The notes below the pieces were generated by a model, which did not search any database, was not told where the DNA came from, and was given only the letters and a program-made list of their open reading frames with translations. From an uncultured Gemmatimonadales bacterium (GTDB taxonomy: Bacteria; Gemmatimonadota; Gemmatimonadetes; Gemmatimonadales; Gemmatimonadaceae): a stretch of DNA of 64,000 bases. The stretch is from assembly GCA_963707505.1 (NCBI GenBank), contig CAVPQB010000003.1, forward strand, positions 320,001 to 384,000. The letters run 5' to 3'. Shown piece after piece: positions 57,161 through 64,000 of this stretch (position 1 is the first letter of the stretch; the number at the start of each line of letters is the position of its first letter). A program made the translations under genes and the position numbers.

Positions 57161-57187
57161 AGCCGCCGACTCGCCGGCTCGGCGGCT
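57161..57187. terminator. Hairpin between convergent genes
   Basis: agccgccga-N9-tcggcggct inverted repeat; weak U tract. Confidence 0.45.
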
Positions 57188-57448
57188 TCAGCCCGAAGCG
57201 GCCGGCCGAGCGGACTTCCGGCCCGGCTTGCTGATCAGCTCCGCCAGCTGCAGATCGGCCAGCTCGGCCCAGTTTTCAGGGAAATTCCATAGCCGGCGAA
57301 AGCCGCGCTCGTGCGCGGCAATGAGCGAGTTCGCTGCCTTGCCGCTAGCGTCCCAAACCCGCATCTCGGTAACGCGCCAGGCGGTCCCGGTCTCATCTAC
57401 AATCTCGCGCTCGGGTGACTGCTTGCCCTGCTGATTGTTCGCGCTCAT
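57188..57448 (-). CDS. Small hypothetical protein
   Basis: 86-aa ORF with DETGTAWRVTE..RRLWNFPENWAEL. Confidence 0.65.
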   Translation of the reverse strand: MSANNQQGKQSPEREIVDETGTAWRVTEMRVWDASGKAANSLIAAHERGFRRLWNFPENWAELADLQLAELISKPGRKSARPAASG

Positions 57449-57627
57449 CGTGGTATTGAATATTTCTGAAGGCTGTCTCGCGATCCCATCGCTACCATTG
57501 TAACAGAGACGATCAACCACCCCATGCAGCACAACTTCGGCGGCGCGTGAATTTCCGTCCTGCTGCTCCGGGTGGCACAGGCGCCTCGTGCGGCTAGCGT
57601 TCCCATCTGATCGAGCGTACTCAGTTT

Positions 57628-58086
57628 ATGAATACAGTAGTTCTTGTCACCGATCAGCCGCTGCAGCTCACCAGGAGACGACTGGCGGACGATCCCGAGC
57701 TGGCGCCGGATGCCGCGATCGTGGGAACCTATCTCGGCGACGCGTTACTGACACGCGCGGTCGCGGATCCCGACTGGGACGGCGACTCGGACATGGGCCT
57801 TCTCGGCCAGCCACGCCACTTGCACTATCAGGCGACGGAGATCGACGGAGGTACGATCCGCGCAGAGCTGAGCGCGGTGATTCCAGCGGCGGATATCCCC
57901 CGCGAACCGTGGCAGCCCGAGCCGGAAGACGACGCGCCACCGCTCATCTTTCCACTTGGCATCGTTGTCCGGATCGCGGCGGATCGTACGGGAGCGGAGC
58001 TGGAAGTGGAGTGCTTCGTCCACTTTCAGGCGATTCTGTCAGGCGCCGGCGAGCCGGTCGCTGACAGAATCCTGAAAAACCTGTAG
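57628..58086 (+). CDS. Hypothetical acidic protein
   Basis: 152-aa ORF with protein-like composition; no family recognised. Confidence 0.6.
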   Translation: MNTVVLVTDQPLQLTRRRLADDPELAPDAAIVGTYLGDALLTRAVADPDWDGDSDMGLLGQPRHLHYQATEIDGGTIRAELSAVIPAADIPREPWQPEPEDDAPPLIFPLGIVVRIAADRTGAELEVECFVHFQAILSGAGEPVADRILKNL

Positions 58087-58123
58087 GTCGATTACCGCGA
58101 AAGGCTCACCGACTCGTCATTCC

Positions 58124-59489
58124 CTATGGTCGCTGATGGGCCGTGCGACCCGACGACGCGGGCTGCGACGGCGGTGGGCTTTCCGTACGTCCACTCGACG
58201 AAGGTGGCGGCGATGAAACGGTCGGGCGCGGTTGCGCGGTCGACGATCCGCTCTGCGGCGCGGTCTGCGTGTAGCCCTTTCCCTTTACGGCGTATCCACG
58301 CGGCTGAGGAGGCCCGGACGTTCCACCCTTCAGAATGATGACCGGTGGATAGTACCAGCCGCCATAGCCAGCCGCGTAACCGCTGTACGGTGAGTAGTAA
58401 GCACCGTATGGTGAGTAGCCATAGGGTGAATAGCCGTAGGGCGAGTAACCATACGGCGAATATCCGTAACCGTAGTAGTCGTATGGGCTGAACCCGAAAC
58501 GGCGCGTAGCTGAATGGCGCATATGCAGGCGCCATTATTACGGCGACGTTGGGAGCCTTGGCGCGCTCGAGCTCGGCACCGGCGGTGTTATCACCCGCAA
58601 CGGCTCCTTCCACATTTTCAGAGTGGCTGAGCGCAAACGCCTTGGGATACGACAGCGCGACCATTGCGTCTGTGACGTTACCCGGGAGGCCGGCATCCGA
58701 CAACGCGACGAGCTGAGTGGCATCGACGTTGAATCCCTGACCACGATCGATCAACCACGCTGCTACCGCGGAAGAATCAGTGTTGTGCGACGCGTCGATT
58801 ATGGCTGCGGTGGAAAGTCTCTCACCAGCGGCTGCGCGCGCGCTGCTGACGGCGAGCGTCTGATTCGCGAGCGCATCCGATATCTCGGACGGCACGGAGC
58901 TCGGCACCCCGGCATCGCTGTAACGCAACGTGCGCACCGCCGTGGTTCCACTCGCATTCACGCTCTGCACATTGACCCACTGCCCCTGCGGCGAAATCGC
59001 GAACAGCCCCGACGAGGTACGCTTCAACCCGCCCGGGCAGGTGAAATCAGAGCTGACGTAGAGACGGTGACCATCCGCCGACCACTTCGCGCTCTCGATT
59101 CCGCTGCAGCCATCCTTGCTGCGTGCCACGTTGCTACCCGTGGCAACGATCGTGTCACGCGAAACGATCTTGCCATCCTTTACAGTGACGACGTTCACGC
59201 TCGATGACGTATTCCCGCCGCTTGCCGGAATGACGCATACGAGCGGAGCATCACTGCTTCGCGGCGTCGTCGAGTACGAGATCGGATCGACCGATGGAGG
59301 AGCCGCCGGGCGCCAGCAACCGATCCACGGCTGCCACCGCGCATCGAGCTGCGCGGTCTGCGACATTTGCGGTGTCTGTTGCGCCCAGCCCGTCGACGGC
59401 GCACCAACGATGAGCGCTATGGCCGCGAAGACGGTTGCGAAGACGGTTGCCCGCTGCGTGTGCCCGATAACGTGCTTGTGACTGCGCAT
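58124..59489 (-). CDS. Secreted hypothetical protein with YSPYG repeats; frameshifted near 58500
   Basis: Signal peptide, WQPWIGCW, Cys pairs, Tyr/Gly repeat and Pro/Ser tail in the second frame. Confidence 0.7.
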
Positions 59490-59500
59490 GTGCGCTCCTG

Positions 59501-60313
59501 TCAGTACCTGAAGGTTAAGCCGATCGTCGTCGACAGACCGGAGAGGTCGATATTGTCGAAGCCCGAAAAGCTGTCGCTCAACTTGCCGTGCGCCCAGATG
59601 TACTTCGCTTCACCCGTGAGCGCGAGGTGCGGCGTGAGGGTGAAATCAAGACCGGCGAGTCCCTGCATCGCCGGCGCCCAGTTGGATGAGTTCAGATCGC
59701 TGGTGAAGACATTGCTGTTATTGGCGTCTACGAAGTCGCCATGCTGGCGGAATCTGTACCACATCGCACCGCCGCCAACTCCGACGTACGGCGCGAAGCG
59801 TGACGGCACCCACGCGAAGCGTCCGACGGATCGACCGCGATCAGTGAGGTAGGCCTTGAGACTCACCATCACGGGAACGCGCCGGAAGTCGGTGGTCTGC
59901 GTAATCTCCTGATTGTTCTGGTCGACCAGATGGCGATAGCTCGATGGAGTGGATGTGCCGGAGTACGATGTGCCGAGCACGATGTCGAAACGCGGGGCGA
60001 CACGTATTGCGAGGTCAGCACCCACGGTCAACCCGCTGAAATCACTCTTGTCGACCGACAACTCGTTGGTGGTGAACGAGAAAATATCACTGCCGGCACT
60101 GGCGCGCGCGTAGCCGCCGCTGAGCGTCAGGCTGCCGGCGGGCTGTTCGAACAGAAAGCCGTTTCCCGAGCTCTGAGCGTTTGCAGTCGCCGTGATTCCC
60201 GCGACCAGCGCCGCGGCACCGAGCACGCGTAAAAAAGGGGTTCGGCTGGCGATCCCGAGCCGGCTGCTCCCGTGGCTCGCCACGTGTGAATCGCGTCGTG
60301 GCTTTTCGTTCAC
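59501..60313 (-). CDS. Outer-membrane beta-barrel protein (OmpA/OmpW-like)
   Basis: Signal peptide ATANA, PYVGVGGG, amphipathic strands, C-terminal GLTFRY. Confidence 0.8.
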   Translation of the reverse strand: MNEKPRRDSHVASHGSSRLGIASRTPFLRVLGAAALVAGITATANAQSSGNGFLFEQPAGSLTLSGGYARASAGSDIFSFTTNELSVDKSDFSGLTVGADLAIRVAPRFDIVLGTSYSGTSTPSSYRHLVDQNNQEITQTTDFRRVPVMVSLKAYLTDRGRSVGRFAWVPSRFAPYVGVGGGAMWYRFRQHGDFVDANNSNVFTSDLNSSNWAPAMQGLAGLDFTLTPHLALTGEAKYIWAHGKLSDSFSGFDNIDLSGLSTTIGLTFRY

Positions 60314-60391
60314 CGCAGTCTCCGGTTGATAGTTGTGTGTGAATCAATGGTACACCATGTGAGACCTGGCGGTCCATTGATAGTTAACCGA

Positions 60392-61506
60392 TCACCTGCC
60401 CGTTGTCGTCTTTGTGTAGATGTCGGGACCGAAGCTCGCGAGCCCCTTTTCGCCAGCGTAGCCGAGGTACCTGTAGGCCGAACACGTCCTCGACGCTTCG
60501 GAGCATGGAGTAATGGTTGTACGGCACATCCGATACGGTCCCTGGCTTGATGAACGGCGATATCAACACCGCACCGATGCGACCACCGCCCGGACCGTGC
60601 GCGCCCGGAAGGTTGGTATTTGGCCCGGACGGCTCGTTGCAGCATGCTGACGCATCCGCGCTCGCCGCCTCGTCGAACGTCACGATGAGCAATCCGCCGT
60701 CGCGAAATGCCGCGGACTGCGTAATGATCGGTACCCAGTGCGTCAGAAATGCATTGGCCGAGACCAATCCGCCTGGCTCGCCGCTCTTGCACGGACGATC
60801 GTGTCCGTCGTGACAGAGACTCGGTGAGATGAAGCTGTAGCTGGGTGTCTCGCGTGCAGAGCTCAAATCTGCGACGGAGCGCGGTAAGTGGAACGACGTT
60901 GCGCCGACAGGACACTGTGTCATCGATGATCGAATGGAAATACATGAAGGGATTGTGCTTCGCCGCGTACTGATCGGTCGGCGTGGCACGCTCCGTTGGA
61001 TCGCGTTGTCCGATCACTGCGTGTCCGCACGTGCGAGCCTCGCGCGTCGTGTCGTTGCCCATGTCTTCCATGTATGCCTTCCACGTCAGGTGTCGCGCGG
61101 ACAGCTGATTCGCGATCGTCTGAACGTGCGCCGGGTAGACGCAGCCAAGGCCGATGGGTTGGCCGCCGGGCGCCATGCCGGTCTGGGCGAATTCCACGTA
61201 CCGCCCGCAGTCGGCCTGTGTCGCCGGATTCGGCGCCACTCCTGAAATCATCGTGATGTAGTTATCGAGACTGAGGTGGCCAGTTCCGTAGTACTGACGG
61301 AGAAATGCGCCGGCCTTCGTCATGCTGTCGGCCAGGTACGGGATTGGGGTGTCCGGGCCGAACGTGGTTTCGAAAGGCTCGTTTTCGAGGACGATGATGA
61401 AAACGTGCTTGATCGGCGGCGGATGATACGTGCGTGGCACCGGTACGAGAACCGACAACGCGCACGTACCACCGGTAACGGCATTGCGAATCATGCGACT
61501 GAACAT
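60392..61506 (-). CDS. Phosphoesterase (acid phosphatase/phospholipase C superfamily); frameshifted
   Basis: IKHVFIIVLENE, SLDNY, WKAYME, KHNPF, CHDGHD, TFDE, YNHYSMLRSVED. Confidence 0.88.
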
Positions 61507-61634
61507 GGCGAATCGGGATCGGCGTTACGGATGGCCTGCCTCCACCCATAAGGTACGAGAATCGCCGCGAAAGCGCTGCTCCGCGCTGCTCCGCCCCGCT
61601 CCGTAACGGCACGAAAGCTGGAGCGGTCTCGATC

Positions 61635-62480
61635 TCACGGAAAGTGAAACACGCTCTTGATCTTCTTTTTCACCGCATCGTTTGCCTTCTGCTTGGCCGC
61701 ATCGGCTGTCGAACTTGCGGCATTGTTGCCGACGTCCTTTGCAGCTGCCCCGAACATGTCGGCAATCGCGGAGCTGCCGCCCTTCAACTGCATGAGAAGC
61801 GCACTCTCGTCGATCTTACGGTAGCCCGCGGGAATCTGGAATAACGCGTCCGGCTGTGGCCCTTCCTGGACGTTCTGCAGGTCCATCTCGCTGTTCTTGT
61901 CCTGCGACCTGCTGACGACGTGAAGCTTGCTATCTATCCATGCGTAGCCTGACTGCGTGGTGCCATCGGCGTCGGTGGTGGTGACCGCCCACTTCTGAGC
62001 AGGACGACCGTTCACGACGTCGGACCCGGCGCTCTGACATGTGAAGTGTGGCGCCTTGTGCGTGCTGTCCTGATAGCGAAGGACCGCACTGTTCCAGTCG
62101 CTGCACGGATCGCCGGTGTTGCTGGGCGCGAACAGGCGAAGCATGGTTGGAGCGCCGGAACCATTCAGCATCGCGTTGAGCACTGGCGAGTTGCTTCCCC
62201 CAATGTACGAGTGGTCCTTGTCCATCACGATCGTCGTCGTTTTCTGGGTACCGTCCCAGATCATGCCCCCTTCGGGTTGCCCGTTCTCGAGAGTCTGGAG
62301 CCTCATCTTTGCGTTGCCAACGTACACGCGCACGGTATTCGTCCCTTTCGCCGGCGTGGTTACGACGTCCGCGGAAAACTGCTGGGCGCCACCAGGTATC
62401 GCTCCGACTGACGAGAGCGCCAGCGTCAGGACTGCGGCTGTTCCGAGCTTTCGGAATCCGTTGTACACTGTTTCCTCCAT
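61635..62480 (-). CDS. Secreted hypothetical protein (DUF4412/LolA-like beta fold)
   Basis: Signal peptide; FSAD, G.DVVNGR..KW, AWID, QEGPQPDALFQIPAGY. Confidence 0.65.
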   Translation of the reverse strand: MEETVYNGFRKLGTAAVLTLALSSVGAIPGGAQQFSADVVTTPAKGTNTVRVYVGNAKMRLQTLENGQPEGGMIWDGTQKTTTIVMDKDHSYIGGSNSPVLNAMLNGSGAPTMLRLFAPSNTGDPCSDWNSAVLRYQDSTHKAPHFTCQSAGSDVVNGRPAQKWAVTTTDADGTTQSGYAWIDSKLHVVSRSQDKNSEMDLQNVQEGPQPDALFQIPAGYRKIDESALLMQLKGGSSAIADMFGAAAKDVGNNAASSTADAAKQKANDAVKKKIKSVFHFP

Positions 62481-62656
62481 GGAGCATGGCCGCAGCGCGC
62501 TGGCTCCGCCCTGGAACGCGACACAAGTGCGGCAGGTGATCGATCGCGGTAATGAAAGCCAGGTTGCGTAACGCGGCCGTCACCGGTCCGTCACTTGCCG
62601 AGTTACGAGATGGCGTGCCATATTCAGGCTGAAGTACAAGCCCGGTCAGGCCGACA

Positions 62657-64000
62657 ATGATTCGCCTTGATACGTTGGGCACGCTCGCGTTGCGCGGATC
62701 CGATGGCGGCGAGCTGCGATCTGTACTCAGCCAGCCCAAACGGCTGGCACTGCTGTGCTATCTCGCTGTCGAATCGCCGCATGGCTTTCAGCGCCGCGAT
62801 CGACTGTTCGGACTCTTCTGGCCCGAGCTCGGCCAGGCACAGGCTCGTCAGGCGTTGCGCCAGTCACTCTATTTCCTACGGCACTCCCTGGGTGAACAGG
62901 TGGTCGGCAATCGCGGAGCCGACGAGATCGGCATCGACCCGGCCGCATTCCGATGTGACGTCTGTGTATTCACGGATCTCTACGACCGGGGACGGCTCGA
63001 GGACGCCGTGGCGCTGTACCACGGCGACTTTCTCGCTGGATTCTTCGTCGACGAGGCCTCTCCCGCTTTCGAGCACTGGCTCTATACAACACGGGATGAG
63101 TTGCGGCACCGGGCAACCGATGCCGCGTGGAAGCTCGCTGACGAGTCTGCGGCGCGCGGGAGCGCAAGCGAGGCCGCACACTGGGCACGCCACGCGAGCC
63201 GACTCGATCCGGACGACGAGCGGTCGCTGCAGCGGTTCATCCGATTGCTGGATGGTCAGGGCGACCGGGCAGGCGCGCTGCGGGCTTACGCAGATTTCGC
63301 CGAATCACTTGCAACCGAGTTCGCGGCTGAGCCATCAGCAGAGACCCGTGCGTTGATCGAAGGCGTGCGTAACCGCACGGAACCGTCCGATGCCGTTGCG
63401 TCGCAGTCGCAGTCGCAGTCGCCGTCGCAGTCGCAGTCGCAGTCGCCGAAATCGAACGTAAGTACGGGTGAGGATTCTGACGGAACGCAGCCACGCGAGC
63501 TTTTACACGGACCTGTACCTGCGTTGGTAGCGCAACCGGTGCCGCCGCATGATTCGATCACACCCATCGGCGCGCGACGCACGTTCGTTCGTGATCGCGC
63601 GTCCCTCGTGCTCCCGTTTGTCGTCGTCGTCGCATTTGCCGCCCTGACTACGCGGTACTTCCGGCGCGCTGATACGCCACCGATAGTGGCCGTGGGATGG
63701 ATTCAGGATCCGAGTGGCGCCGATACGGGTGCAATCACGCGAACTTTTGCAGAGTTGCTGTCGACCGATCTCGCGCGCGTCCCTGGGCTGAGAGTGGTAA
63801 GCCGCGCCAGGCTCTATGACGTGCTTGGGCAGCTCGGTGCGCACGACGAGACTCCATCGGCCATCTCCGACGCAGCGCGACGCGCAGGCGCAGGCCAGCT
63901 CATAGAGGCGGTGCTGTCACACGCTGCAGATAGCACCGCCCGTCTCGATCTCCGCCGCGTCGATCTTGCAACGGGAACAACTCATGAGACGCGTACCTTC
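62657..64000 (+). CDS. SARP/AfsR-type regulator (winged HTH + BTAD, then TM and TolB-N-like domain); runs off the window
   Basis: Manual translation MIRLDTLG..QPKRLALLCYL..RRDRL..LFWPE..ARQALRQSLY..LYHGDFLAG..FEHW..DPDDE..GDRAGALRAY..EPSAET; absent from the ORF track (no stop). Confidence 0.88.
   Translation, partial: MIRLDTLGTLALRGSDGGELRSVLSQPKRLALLCYLAVESPHGFQRRDRLFGLFWPELGQAQARQALRQSLYFLRHSLGEQVVGNRGADEIGIDPAAFRCDVCVFTDLYDRGRLEDAVALYHGDFLAGFFVDEASPAFEHWLYTTRDELRHRATDAAWKLADESAARGSASEAAHWARHASRLDPDDERSLQRFIRLLDGQGDRAGALRAYADFAESLATEFAAEPSAETRALIEGVRNRTEPSDAVASQSQSQSPSQSQSQSPKSNVSTGEDSDGTQPRELLHGPVPALVAQPVPPHDSITPIGARRTFVRDRASLVLPFVVVVAFAALTTRYFRRADTPPIVAVGWIQDPSGADTGAITRTFAELLSTDLARVPGLRVVSRARLYDVLGQLGAHDETPSAISDAARRAGAGQLIEAVLSHAADSTARLDLRRVDLATGTTHETRTF
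63400..63447 (+). repeat. Hexamer microsatellite (tcgcag)n encoding a Ser-Gln linker
   Basis: tcgcagtcgcagtcgcagtcgccgtcgcagtcgcagtcgcagtcgccg, in frame. Confidence 0.8.

Noticed and set aside
63400..63447. Phase-variation tract
   Set aside because: The repeat unit is 6 bp, so slippage keeps the frame

Overview
GC-rich bacterial chromosome segment; gene content and protein style suggest Gemmatimonadota (inference). Many single-base indels break even essential genes (tuf, rplB, rpsC, secY), so frameshifts are treated as sequencing errors. Left to right: CHASE3 histidine kinase, class II ribonucleotide reductase nrdJ, an outer-membrane peptidase/propeller/barrel protein, peptidoglycan-recycling genes (amidase, anmK, murQ), PP2C phosphatase, ABC exporter and a kinase/receiver pair. 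Next is a ~20 kb minus-strand run: trpS, M28 peptidase, a gas-vesicle cluster gvpF-G-L-[S/J+K fusion]-J-A overlapping a GAF/PAS/PAS histidine kinase, purA, glyQS, M3-like peptidase, a hypothetical, a ubiquitin-like protein, HDAC, methyltransferase, an orphan half-GvpF/L, a Zn-ribbon Ser/Thr kinase, dipeptide epimerase and priA. Then come suhB-ftcD, the fusA-tuf-S10-spc block (no rpsL/rpsG, no alpha operon; own promoter and structured leader; REP-like repeats), secreted/outer-membrane genes and a truncated SARP/BTAD regulator. The best novelty candidates are (i) the ubiquitin-like/deacetylase/methyltransferase/GvpF-like/kinase operon and (ii) the GvpN/GvpC-less gvp cluster coupled to a sensor kinase. 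The two may be one Gvp-linked signalling system. No rRNA, tRNA, CRISPR or transposase was recognised.
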